Below are positions 17,991 to 27,554 of a stretch of DNA of 64,000 bases, piece by piece. The notes under the pieces were generated by a model. That model saw only the letters and a program-made list of their open reading frames with translations. It searched no databases and was not told where the DNA came from. Location: positions 30-64,029 of the forward strand of contig ONYW01000001.1 in NCBI GenBank assembly GCA_900322215.1. The letters run 5' to 3'. Position 1 is the stretch's first letter; every line of letters begins with the position of its first letter. This DNA comes from an uncultured Eubacteriales bacterium. GTDB taxonomy: Bacteria; Bacillota; Clostridia; Christensenellales; CAG-917. A program made the translations under genes and the position numbers.

Positions 17991-18034
17991 CACACTTCGT
18001 GTGTTTATTTGCACTTCGTGTGTTTGTTTTTTTT
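17989..18034 (+). terminator. Tandem CACAC-UUC-GUGUG hairpins followed by a U-tract (probable yitT terminator)
   Basis: cacacttcgtgtg at 17991-18003, gcacttcgtgtg at 18011-18022, then tttgtttttttt. The same 13-mer recurs at 32517 and 42889. Confidence 0.55.
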
Positions 18035-18225
18035 GTGCGTCCCTAAACCGCTTTTTGTTGTTTGATTCCCTTAAATTTCCGAACCGCTGTTTCCGGTTTG
18101 TATGTTCATTATTTCCGTACGTCACTGAACCTGCTCTTATTTAGCAAAATTAAAAACCTTCCGACGAGTGTGCAAATGGTTTCACTTCAAAATCGGAAGG
18201 CTTTTTGTCTCAATATATTTCTATT

Positions 18226-19486
18226 TTATTCTTTATCTTCCTTATCGCTATCGGATAAGTTTTCGTCCTGTTTATTCTTTTCGCAAACGAAGTTTCCCTC
18301 TTGCGAACTATCACAAGCGATAGTTGCCTCTTCGCTCAACTTTTTGCTCTTCTTCTCGTCAATTTTCGTTTTGAGTTTTTCGCATACCGAGTACACTCCC
18401 TTCTCCACCGCTCCGCCGAGCGCCATAACGCCGTAGTACGCGGTGTGGCGGTAAATCACGGACAACGAAACTGTGAGTCCCAACACTATGCAGGAGAGCG
18501 TGAGGACGGCAAGCCAAAAGTTTTGCACGCCGTATGCGTCGAGAAAATATTCCATATACCCCGAACGCTGTTGAAAGAGCAAGCGTTGATGTATGAGGTA
18601 CATGAGAAGCGTCATGCCGGAAAAATAGTTCACTATCTTGTTGTATCTCGGCTTTCTCGTCGCGAGGTTAATTGCAGCCAGCGCCCACACGACGATTATC
18701 GGGTTGTTGATGTGAGCATAATAATACTGCCTTTCCGCAACGTACTCGTTTGCAAGTCCTATATAGTTCATCGCGATCCTAAACGCGACGTACAGCGCGG
18801 TCGTCACGAAGAGCATACAAACGTTGAACTTTTTAGACTCCCACAACTTTCCGCCGTACAGTTTGTAAAACGCGACGGCAAAGTAGATGGACACAAAACA
18901 CAAAAATTTGAGTCCTACAGCCCCGGTCTCTCCCCCATCGCAAACAAAATCACGTTGCACTGCACGATGAGTATTAGGGTGACGATAGCCAAGCCCTTTT
19001 TGTCGAGTTTTCATAATTGAAAAGCGGATGGAACAAATAGAACACTATATAATAGCCGACAAACCAATTCACCTGCAAAAACGTCGGGAAAATCGCCTCC
19101 AAAATTTGTGTGGCGGAGATCTCGTCCCCTATCGCCGCGCGCACGACGAGTGCGGAAGACATAATTATGACGTCGGACGCCATCAAAAAGAAGACTTTCT
19201 TTACGCTTATTCTGTTGCTTTCAAGGAGGAAATACGCCGAACACGCGATAAACACCACGTCGGCAAACAGCCCGAGAGGGCCGATAAACAACAAAAACAA
19301 AAATTGCGGATCAGTCGTCACCGTACCCGAAAAATCAACTGTTCCGCCTATTCCCGAGTAGGAATACGGGTTGATTTGATGCGCAAAAACAATGACCACC
19401 ATAGAGATGATTTTTAGGAGTTCTACGTTTGAATTGCGCTGTTTTTTTGCGGACGACGATTCCATAATCAAATGCCTGTGCGGCAA
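18226..19486 (-). pseudogene. Acyltransferase-3 (OatA-like) family membrane protein split into two frames
   Basis: The N-terminal fragment (170 aa, 18974..19486; VELLKIISMVVIVFAHQ motif) and the C-terminal fragment (18226..19014) overlap in different frames. This indicates a frameshift, a sequencing error or programmed slippage. Confidence 0.55.
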
Positions 19487-19502
19487 CTTTTTGCTATTCG
19501 CC

Positions 19503-20105
19503 TTAGCCTATGGTTTTCCCGTTTGAGTCAAACCGTTTTACGACCTTTGCAGGCACTCCCGCGACGATAGTGTTTGGCTCTACGTCTTTTGTCACCACCG
19601 CGCCTGCCGCCACGACCGAATTGTCTCCGATAGTCACTCCCGGCAAAATGGTGGCGTGAGAGCCTATCCATACGCGTTTGCCTATCTTCACCGCTTTAGG
19701 AAACATATCTCCGCGCTTTGTCGGGTCTATGTCGTGATTGAGCGTCGCTATGACCGTTTGATGCCCGACAAAAGTCCCGTCGCCGATTTCTATACCGCCC
19801 TGATCCTGAAAGCAGCAACCCGAGTTGATAAAGACGTTCTTTCCGACTCTTATGTTCTTTCCGCAGTCGGTATAAAACGGCGGGAACATGCGAAAAGTCT
19901 CGTCCTTTTCCGTCCCCGTAAGTTTTGAAAATATTTCGCGTATTTCGTCCATTGTGCGGTATGAACCGTTGAGTTCGGAAGTAAGTTTTCTCGCCTCGTC
20001 CGAATATTTGTCAAGCAACGGCAAAAGCGGAGAAGAAAAATCAATTCTCTCCCCTGTTTTCATCAAATTCCTAAACTCTTCAACCGATAGTTCTTTGTCT
20101 TTCAT
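19503..20105 (-). CDS. Sugar O-acetyltransferase (maltose/galactoside acetyltransferase family, left-handed beta-helix)
   Basis: 200 aa. N-terminal Mac-like region, hexapeptide repeats, [17 protein letters not shown]. Confidence 0.75.
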   Translation of the reverse strand: MKDKELSVEEFRNLMKTGERIDFSSPLLPLLDKYSDEARKLTSELNGSYRTMDEIREIFSKLTGTEKDETFRMFPPFYTDCGKNIRVGKNVFINSGCCFQDQGGIEIGDGTFVGHQTVIATLNHDIDPTKRGDMFPKAVKIGKRVWIGSHATILPGVTIGDNSVVAAGAVVTKDVEPNTIVAGVPAKVVKRFDSNGKTIG

Positions 20106-20112
20106 ACACCGC

Positions 20113-20850
20113 TCACTTCTTTTGGAAGGCTTTGTCTTTCATCATATATTGATTCATTTTGGCAAGGTCTTCTCCGTCAAAATTGCGTTTTCTCATAGGT
20201 TTTGCGGGAATGCCTGCGACAAGCGTAAACTCGTCCACGCTCTTCGTGACGATAGCGCCCGTGGCAACGATACCGCCCTTTCCTATCTTCACACCCGGCA
20301 AAATGGTTGCCGCCGTGTAAATCTTTGCATAGTCGCCGATCTCAACAGGCGTATACGTTCTCGCCATGTGGTCGTGTTCGCTGTGCGAGTGAGTGAAGAT
20401 CGTGACGTTCTCGGTGAGCATCGCAAAGTCGCCCATCTTGACTCCGCCCTTTGCGTCGATGTAGCAACCCGAGTTCCAAGACACGTTTTCGCCTATTTCG
20501 ATATTGTTTGCAAAATTGAATTTGCACCCCTCGTTCGCGACAAAACCGTCACCGCACTTTTTGAAGAGTTTCTTTGCGATAGCGCATCTTAGAGGAATTG
20601 CAAAATCGCAGTTCATTCCATACGGAGTTTTGTCAAGGCAGTCCCAAAGTATATGCAAATTGCGCTGAGCCTCGGTGTACGGCAACTCGTCCGCCAACGG
20701 CATATAGTCGTTCCAAAGCCTGAACGATTTCATCTCCTCCGCGTCAAGTCCGTCAAAGCCGATGAGCGCAAGCGCCTGGACGGCGTTTTTGCTTGTCAGC
20801 CCCGAGTCTATAAGTGCGCATATCTTGTCAAGTCTTTCTTTTGTCGTCAT
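20113..20850 (-). CDS. Hexapeptide-repeat acyltransferase with helical N-terminal domain
   Basis: About 245 aa from the AUG at 20850. The C-terminal half has LbH repeats ([25 protein letters not shown]...[14 protein letters not shown]). Confidence 0.6.
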   Translation of the reverse strand: MTTKERLDKICALIDSGLTSKNAVQALALIGFDGLDAEEMKSFRLWNDYMPLADELPYTEAQRNLHILWDCLDKTPYGMNCDFAIPLRCAIAKKLFKKCGDGFVANEGCKFNFANNIEIGENVSWNSGCYIDAKGGVKMGDFAMLTENVTIFTHSHSEHDHMARTYTPVEIGDYAKIYTAATILPGVKIGKGGIVATGAIVTKSVDEFTLVAGIPAKPMRKRNFDGEDLAKMNQYMMKDKAFQKK

Positions 20851-20949
20851 AGTCTTCCCTTTTGCAAATCGACATATATACAATTGAGCATGTATTGCCA
20901 AAAACAGGCTTTTACACACAACAAATGCACATATAAACATTCGTTTACG

Positions 20950-21972
20950 TTATTTCGTTGAAAATACGTATTTGGTCTTAGATGAGTAAAGTTCGCCGGC
21001 TTTAAGCACTACGTCCTGAAGGGATGGCATGTTCACGGCGTTTGGAAAGTTTTGTGTTTCGAGGCAGAGTGCGGACTGTTTTTTGTACACTTTCTTGCCC
21101 TTTTCACCGCTCAAAAAGTTGCCCGTATAGAACTGAATGCACGGCTTTGTCGTGAACACTTGCAGGAGTATTCCCGACTTCTTTCCGTATGCGGAGGCTC
21201 GCACGTCGTCGATACCGCCATCGTTCAGCACAAAGTTGAAATCATAGCCGTTTGCGATATGCAGGAGCCTGTCGTCCGCACCTATATCCTTGCCGACTCT
21301 CTTTGGCTTTCTGAAATCGTACGGTGTGCCTTTGACGTCTATGAGTTTGCCTGTCGGTATAAGTTCTTCGTCAATATCCGACATTTTGTCGGCGTCAATA
21401 AACACCTCGTGGTCAAGCACGCTTTCAAAGTCGCCGTCAAGGTTGAAATAGGAATGATTCGTAAGCGCGCAAGGCGTACGCTTGTCGCTTGTCGCCTCGT
21501 ATGCTATTTCGAGCGCATTGTCGTTTGTGAGCGTATAAGTGACGGAGACCGTCATCGTGCCGGGATACCCTTCCTCTTTGTTCGGAGAAATCCTGCTGAA
21601 CTTTATAGAGGCGGGACCGACTATCTCCGCGCTATACTCCTTTTTGTTGAAGCCCTCGACGCCGCCGTGGAGATGGTTGTTGCCGTCGTTCTTTGCAAGT
21701 TCGTAAGTCACGCCGTCAAGCGAAAACTTTGCCCCTGCGGTTCGGTTGCAAACTCTCCCGACGAGCGCGCCGAAATAGCAAATATCGCTCGCATAGTCGT
21801 CCTCGTTTTCATATCCCGCAACGACGTCTACGAGGTTGCCGTTTCTGTCTTTCACAAAGAGTTTTGAGATTATTGCGCCGTAGGACAAAAGTTCCGCGCG
21901 CATTCCGTTGTCGTTTTCTATCTCAAAGACTTTTATGCCGTTTTGTGTGATCTTTTTCAGTTCTGCTTTCAT
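20950..21972 (-). CDS. galM: Aldose 1-epimerase (galactose mutarotase)
   Basis: 340 aa. GRVCNRTAGAKF, NNHLHGG and TNHSYFNL motifs. Confidence 0.85.
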   Translation of the reverse strand: MKAELKKITQNGIKVFEIENDNGMRAELLSYGAIISKLFVKDRNGNLVDVVAGYENEDDYASDICYFGALVGRVCNRTAGAKFSLDGVTYELAKNDGNNHLHGGVEGFNKKEYSAEIVGPASIKFSRISPNKEEGYPGTMTVSVTYTLTNDNALEIAYEATSDKRTPCALTNHSYFNLDGDFESVLDHEVFIDADKMSDIDEELIPTGKLIDVKGTPYDFRKPKRVGKDIGADDRLLHIANGYDFNFVLNDGGIDDVRASAYGKKSGILLQVFTTKPCIQFYTGNFLSGEKGKKVYKKQSALCLETQNFPNAVNMPSLQDVVLKAGELYSSKTKYVFSTK

Positions 21973-21990
21973 AGTTTCCCCCTGCTCGTC

Positions 21991-23307
21991 TCAGTTTGCC
22001 GACGAGGCTTTTTCCGCCTGCTGTTTCGCTTTCATATAGAGTCGTCTCTTCTTGAAATACTCGTTGCGCTTGGCGCTTTGTCTCTTTGCGTTTTGCCCCT
22101 TTGGTTGTGGAGTTTGCGGTTTTGGCTGTTGCGCCTTTTTTGCCGCCTGCGAGTCTTGATTCTGTTCGGGCTTTGCCTGCTTTACACCTTTTGCACCCTT
22201 CTTGCCCTTTTGCGCGCGCAAGTGGTCTCCGATAGACGACGGAGTGCTTTCAACGTGCGACACTCCCGTCTCGATAGGCTTCGGCTTTTTGCCGACGTAG
22301 TCGCCCTTAAACTCATACGGTTCGAGGTCTTCGTATTTTAGTCCGAGTTCCTCAAGCAGCGTCTCAAACGGCAATATGCGAATGCCCTTGTGCGAGGTCG
22401 CATACACATAGCGGTAGCACTTGCTTGTCTTATGCTTGACAAAGACGTCGCACTCGACAGGGTTGTCCGTATACTCTCCACCGAGAGCGGAAATCTTTTG
22501 TGCCACCGTATACATTTTGAGAGGAATAGTCCTTTCGAGTTTTGTCGCAAAGCAAAACTTCTTGCCGTCGAAACGCTTGTCCTTTTTGTCGTTCTTAGCG
22601 TTCGTTTGCGCGGTTTTCTCGCCCGCTTCTCCGCCGTCCGTCCTGTTTTCCTGCGGTTTTTTGTCCGTCGCTATATCGAACACCGCGGAGCAAAACCACT
22701 TGTACGGATCGAGGACGAAACGCTTTACTATGCCGTTTTCCACCTTACCTTTTGAGAGCGGGTAGGCGTCCGCAAGTTGCTCGGGAGACATATCGAAGTC
22801 CGCGCACATGTGGCGAACGATCTCCATCGTAGTTTTTGAATCGTCGTCGCTTCTGTGCAGGCTCTCGGGCTCTACGCCGTACGTCTCGGCTATCTTTTCG
22901 AGCGCGGTGCTGACAGACTTCCCTTCGTTTATCGTCTTGTATATTTGCTGTTCGTCAAAGAAGGAATACTCAAAGTGAGGTTTGTCATACCTGTCGCAGG
23001 CGAGTTGCAAGAAGTTTACGTCATTGAGTATCGAGTGCCCGATGACGAGTTGATTTTTTGCTTCCAAAATCCTCTTGATTTTGTCGTATCTCGCCACGAA
23101 ATTCGGCGACGAATAAAACCTTTCCTTTGGATATCCGAGTTGAATTTGCGGTTCTCCGCCGTATCTTGCGAGCCTGAACGGCGCCTCGGGATTTATCAAA
23201 ATATCCTCTTGTTTTAGTACGTTAAAACGGCAGTCGCACAGTACGTAGCCAAAACTGCACATATGTCTGCCGTCCGAACATTCTATATCAAAAAAGAGAT
23301 AATTCAT
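21991..23307 (-). CDS. DEDDh-type 3'-5' exonuclease domain protein with basic low-complexity C-terminus
   Basis: FFDIE (Exo I), IGHSILNDVNFL (Exo II), HRSDDD (Exo III), and a K/Q/P-rich tail. Confidence 0.65.
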   Translation of the reverse strand: MNYLFFDIECSDGRHMCSFGYVLCDCRFNVLKQEDILINPEAPFRLARYGGEPQIQLGYPKERFYSSPNFVARYDKIKRILEAKNQLVIGHSILNDVNFLQLACDRYDKPHFEYSFFDEQQIYKTINEGKSVSTALEKIAETYGVEPESLHRSDDDSKTTMEIVRHMCADFDMSPEQLADAYPLSKGKVENGIVKRFVLDPYKWFCSAVFDIATDKKPQENRTDGGEAGEKTAQTNAKNDKKDKRFDGKKFCFATKLERTIPLKMYTVAQKISALGGEYTDNPVECDVFVKHKTSKCYRYVYATSHKGIRILPFETLLEELGLKYEDLEPYEFKGDYVGKKPKPIETGVSHVESTPSSIGDHLRAQKGKKGAKGVKQAKPEQNQDSQAAKKAQQPKPQTPQPKGQNAKRQSAKRNEYFKKRRLYMKAKQQAEKASSAN

Positions 23308-23331
23308 AAAAATTTTTGCAAAAGCTGTTAA

Positions 23332-24216
23332 TTACTTGATTTCAACAAGTTCGTACTCTCTTGATCCGAATCCGAGTTCTGCCGCCGCCTCGATCGTATG
23401 AACGCCGTGACGAGACTCGACGCGCTCGAGGAAGTGCTTTTGTCCCGGATCGTCCTTTGCCGCATAGACGAGGTCGATACACGCTTGGTCGATAGCGATA
23501 GGATCGAGAGACGCGAGAATGCCGATATCTTTCATGCAAGGATCTTCAGCCTTTGCACAGCAGTCGCAGTCGACGGAGATGTTTTTCATAACGTTGATGA
23601 ACGCGATGTTTTTGCCGAAGAATTTGACTACGGAACTTGCCGCGTCCGCCATACCTTCCAAAAACTCGTCCTGCTTTGCGCTTCTTGCCCAGCAAGAATA
23701 TTGGTCGTCCGTCTTGCCTGCGCTGTGAATGACAGCCTTACCTCTTGACGAGGCGCAACCGATAGAGAGTTGTTTGAGCGCTCCGCCGTATCCGCCCATC
23801 GGGTGTCCCTTGAAGTGCGAAAGAATGACCATGCTGTCATAGTTTTCCATGTGTCTGCCAACCTTGTTTTCTTTGAGGATTTTGCCGTTCTCGATAGGAA
23901 GAATAAGATCGTCGTCCTCCGCGTCCATGAGATCGAAGTCAAAAAACTCGTCCCACTTGTGCTCGTGGATGAGGCGGTAGTGTTTCTTTGTCGTGTTTCT
24001 CGCGCCCATATACGCCGTATTGCATTCGACAACGGTGCCGTGAACTCTCTCCACCATCGGCTTCCAAAACTCTGGTTTAAGATAGTTTTGGTTGCCCTTT
24101 TCACCCGAGTGAAGTTTGACTGCTACTTTGCCGGGAAGTTCGATTCCGAGCAAGTTGAAGAGTTCAACGACCTTTTCAGGCGTAATCTCTTTTGAAAAGT
24201 AAACTGTTGGTTTCAT
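23332..24216 (-). CDS. DUF362-domain protein
   Basis: 294 aa. VAVKLHSGEKGN...VECNTAY...LSHFKGHPMGGYGGALKQLSIGC pattern. Confidence 0.65.
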   Translation of the reverse strand: MKPTVYFSKEITPEKVVELFNLLGIELPGKVAVKLHSGEKGNQNYLKPEFWKPMVERVHGTVVECNTAYMGARNTTKKHYRLIHEHKWDEFFDFDLMDAEDDDLILPIENGKILKENKVGRHMENYDSMVILSHFKGHPMGGYGGALKQLSIGCASSRGKAVIHSAGKTDDQYSCWARSAKQDEFLEGMADAASSVVKFFGKNIAFINVMKNISVDCDCCAKAEDPCMKDIGILASLDPIAIDQACIDLVYAAKDDPGQKHFLERVESRHGVHTIEAAAELGFGSREYELVEIK

Positions 24217-24240
24217 ATATAAACTCCTAAAAATTATTCT

Positions 24241-25512
24241 CTATTCTCCGAGCGGATCCGTAAAGTCGCCTTTTACTTTCTCTCCGCACACGTCGCAGAC
24301 GTAGACGGTATACCCCTGCTCGGTTTGCGTCGGCGCGACCGTCTCTTTGACAGTCAAGGTGTGTTTTTCAAAGTTGAATTTGCCGTCGCAGTTCTCGCAC
24401 TCGTGCCAGTGACCGCTTTCGTCCGCGTGCCAGTGGTCAAGGTCAATACGGTGACCGTTTGCGTCTACCGTCGAAAATTCCGCCCTACCGCACACTGAGC
24501 ACGTTCTCTTGTCGATGCCGTTCGTTGTGCAAGTCGGCTCGAGATACCTCTCCCACTCGCCGAACGTATGCGGTGCGGAATCGAGTTTTTCTCCGCAACC
24601 GTTCGCGCATTTGTGCCAATGCTCAAGATTGTCCGCCGACCACTTCGTCGCAGGTTCGTGTCCGAGCGGCGGGATTTCCGTCTTTATATATCCTCCGCAA
24701 ACGGAGCATACGCTAACAAGCGTACCCTTCTCGGTGCAAGTCGGCTCTTTTGTGACGTATGACGTTGAATATTCGTGCGCTCCGCGGTCAAACTCATCTC
24801 CGCAGACAAGGCAGTCTCTCCAATGTTCATGCTCGTCAAAATCCCAGTCGTTGGACTTGTTGTGCGCAGTCTTTGCAAGAGTTCTTCTTGTGGATCTTCC
24901 GCAAGTCATGCAGGAATATACGATAGAGCCTTCCTCCGTGCAGGTCGGGGCTTTTTCTATATGTCCGCCGTCCCAGTTGTGAAGAGCCTCGTCCATTTTG
25001 TGATTGCCGTTTGTGCAGAAGTGCCAATGCGTCTCGGGATCCGACGCCACCCAACCGCCTTGAATATTGTGTCCCATTGCGGGCAGCACGTCGGCGCGGG
25101 AGAAACCGCAAGTCGTGCAGGTAAATATGATCTTTCCGCTCGTATCGCAAGAGTTTGCAACTTCTATCACGCCATTGTCCCAGTCGTGATTTGCAAGACC
25201 GAGCAATTCGCCGCAACCGTGCGCGCACTCGTGATAGTGCTGAGTGGACGTCGTTTTCCACTCGCTCTTTGCCTCGTGCCCAAGCGCAGGGACTTCCTCG
25301 TCCCTATAGGTGTCTCCGCATTTTGTACAAACGTGGAGCATACACCCGCTCTCCGTACAAGTCGGTTCAACCAAAGCTGACTTGTAATTGTGGATGCAGA
25401 TGCTTGAATAGTTTGCCGTGTTCCCACCGCAAGCGCTGAGTATGCCGCTAAGGCCGACAGCGCACAGTGCCACAAGGACGCCGAAAAAAACTCTTTTTGC
25501 TAAAAATCTCAT
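24241..25512 (-). CDS. Secreted lipoprotein made of alternating Cys/His-rich modules
   Basis: Lipobox LSGILSAC-GG. Four A modules (PTCTE-G...C..CG...P.LGH) alternate with B modules (W...HWH.C..C......H.W). Confidence 0.7.
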   Translation of the reverse strand: MRFLAKRVFFGVLVALCAVGLSGILSACGGNTANYSSICIHNYKSALVEPTCTESGCMLHVCTKCGDTYRDEEVPALGHEAKSEWKTTSTQHYHECAHGCGELLGLANHDWDNGVIEVANSCDTSGKIIFTCTTCGFSRADVLPAMGHNIQGGWVASDPETHWHFCTNGNHKMDEALHNWDGGHIEKAPTCTEEGSIVYSCMTCGRSTRRTLAKTAHNKSNDWDFDEHEHWRDCLVCGDEFDRGAHEYSTSYVTKEPTCTEKGTLVSVCSVCGGYIKTEIPPLGHEPATKWSADNLEHWHKCANGCGEKLDSAPHTFGEWERYLEPTCTTNGIDKRTCSVCGRAEFSTVDANGHRIDLDHWHADESGHWHECENCDGKFNFEKHTLTVKETVAPTQTEQGYTVYVCDVCGEKVKGDFTDPLGE

Positions 25513-25723
25513 TTCTTTTCCGCAGGAGCGGACCCCTTATCGGCAGCGTTCAAAAGCGAAAACTACCAGTATTTTATAACAATGATAAAATAATGATAAA
25601 CTCAAATCGAGAAAATTGCAATAATAAAATAAAAATAATTTATTATTAATAATAAATTTAGCAAAATGCTCAAAAACGACCGCCGCAAGTCAAAACTCGC
25701 AAGGATTTTTCGGCACATATTTA

Positions 25724-25749
25724 TTCAAAAATGCGCGGAGTCTCCGCGC
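25724..25749 (-). terminator. Rho-independent terminator after the transporter gene
   Basis: Minus strand reads GCGCGGAG-a-CUCCGCGC followed by AUUUUUG. Confidence 0.75.
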
Positions 25750-25772
25750 TTCAAGCACGCGACTTTTGCGCG

Positions 25773-26930
25773 TCACATTTGCCTTAGACTCAAAAAATAA
25801 GTCGGTGCGACGATAATTGCAAAAAACGCCAAACTTACGATTTCAAAAACAATCAAAAATTTCAAGCCGTTTTTCGGGTATTCCCTGACGTAAATGCGGT
25901 AGTTGATGACGGAGGCGAGAGAGCCTATGATCGTGCAAAGCCCCGCGGAATCAAGTCCGTACAGGAGCGCGCCTTTGCTCACCGCAAACGGATAGAGCAC
26001 GACGCCCGCAGGTACGTTGGAAATGACTTGACTGACGAGTATAGACACCCAGTATTCCCTGCCCGCAACGAGTTTTGCGAGGACGTCCGCCACCTTCTCG
26101 TTCGACGCAATGGTCGACGAAAAAACGAAGAAACAAAAGAAGGTGACGATGAGCGCATAATCCGTTTTTGCAAGCACTTTCGGATCGAAGATAACAACGG
26201 TCACGAGGATCATCGCCGCGATATAATACCACGCCTCGAAGCGGGAAACTATCATCCAAATGATTATGAGAAAGAGGAACAAATACGTCAACCTTTTCGG
26301 CGTATTGTCCACAAGCGACTCGGAAGGAAACGCGGAGAGAGGAATGTCCGTCTTTTGCCTTATATTCTTGGCAAACAGCACCACGACAAAGCAGACGAGA
26401 ATCGCCCCCGATATTGCCCAAATAGGCGACATATACCCGACAAAACTCCACACGCTCACGCCGGATTGCCCGAAGATAAAGAGGTTTTGGGGACTGCCGA
26501 ACGGCGTGAGCAGCGAGCCTCTTATCGCCGCGATATTCTCCATTGCGAGCAGTGGCAAAATATACTTCTCTTTCTTCGCCGCGCGGAAGAGGAAGATCGT
26601 CAGCGGTACGAATATGATGAGCGACACGTCGTTCGTCACAAACATAGAGGTGAAAAACACTCCGAACACCAAAAACAGCCCAAGTCCCACCGCGGATTTT
26701 ATCCTGCCCGCAAGACGTATAATCGGATTGAAAATCTTTTCTTTTTTGAACCCTTCAAGCACTGTGAGCATCAAAAAGAGCGTGCCGAGAGTACGCCAGT
26801 CTATTTCTCCAAGCAGACTGACGCTCGGGCGCACCACGCACACGACGATGAGGGCGGCAACAACTGCCACCCACACCATCGCCTCGCGCTTCACGGTTTC
26901 AAAAAAGTCTTTCGCTCCGATTTTTGTCAT
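25773..26930 (-). CDS. ArsB/NhaD/citrate-transporter-superfamily anion permease
   Basis: 385 aa, about 10 TM, N-terminal IDWRTLGTLFLMLTVLEGFKK motif typical of this superfamily. Confidence 0.55.
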   Translation of the reverse strand: MTKIGAKDFFETVKREAMVWVAVVAALIVVCVVRPSVSLLGEIDWRTLGTLFLMLTVLEGFKKEKIFNPIIRLAGRIKSAVGLGLFLVFGVFFTSMFVTNDVSLIIFVPLTIFLFRAAKKEKYILPLLAMENIAAIRGSLLTPFGSPQNLFIFGQSGVSVWSFVGYMSPIWAISGAILVCFVVVLFAKNIRQKTDIPLSAFPSESLVDNTPKRLTYLFLFLIIIWMIVSRFEAWYYIAAMILVTVVIFDPKVLAKTDYALIVTFFCFFVFSSTIASNEKVADVLAKLVAGREYWVSILVSQVISNVPAGVVLYPFAVSKGALLYGLDSAGLCTIIGSLASVINYRIYVREYPKNGLKFLIVFEIVSLAFFAIIVAPTYFLSLRQM

Positions 26931-26932
26931 GA

Positions 26933-27493
26933 TTAAAACAATTCTTTGCCGACTTTAAAAGCATCTGCGACTTTCTCGCCAAGCACGTTGTATGCGTTGT
27001 TGAACGGGTCAAAAGCAATCGGGGCGACTTTTGCGATGTCGACTTTGCCGTCTGTGAGAGCCTTTTCGTCCACGCTGACGTTGACTATTTCGCCCTTCAA
27101 AATGCAGGTGTCAAGGTTGTATTCGATGACTTTGCACTCCAAACAAACCGCAAGTTCGTTGATGATAGGCGCATTGACGAGTTCGCTCTTCGTTGCGGTA
27201 AACCCTGCGCGGGCAAATTTGTCCTCAGTCTTGTTTCCGCTCGCCATGCCGACGTAGTCGCAACCCGCGACGTGTTCTTTGTCCGCCATACTGACCGTAA
27301 ACGCACCCGTATGCGCGAAGTTTTTGCAGGTCTTGTGCCCCGGGGAGAGGCAAATCGAGACTTGATTCTCCTCGCTGATTCCGCCCCACGCCGCGTTCAT
27401 AGCGTCGGGGTTGCCGTTCTCGTCATAAGTTGCGATGATCCACACAGGTTGCGGATAGGATAGCGGTTTTGCACCGAAATTTTTTCTGCTCAT
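26933..27493 (-). CDS. Flavin reductase-like domain protein
   Basis: 186 aa. PQPVWIIATYDENGNPDAMNAAWGG pattern. Confidence 0.7.
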   Translation of the reverse strand: MSRKNFGAKPLSYPQPVWIIATYDENGNPDAMNAAWGGISEENQVSICLSPGHKTCKNFAHTGAFTVSMADKEHVAGCDYVGMASGNKTEDKFARAGFTATKSELVNAPIINELAVCLECKVIEYNLDTCILKGEIVNVSVDEKALTDGKVDIAKVAPIAFDPFNNAYNVLGEKVADAFKVGKELF

Positions 27494-27554
27494 AGTTTTA
27501 TCTCCTTGAAATAATTTTATTTGTTTTCAAATTCATTCTTTGACTTGTTTGCGT

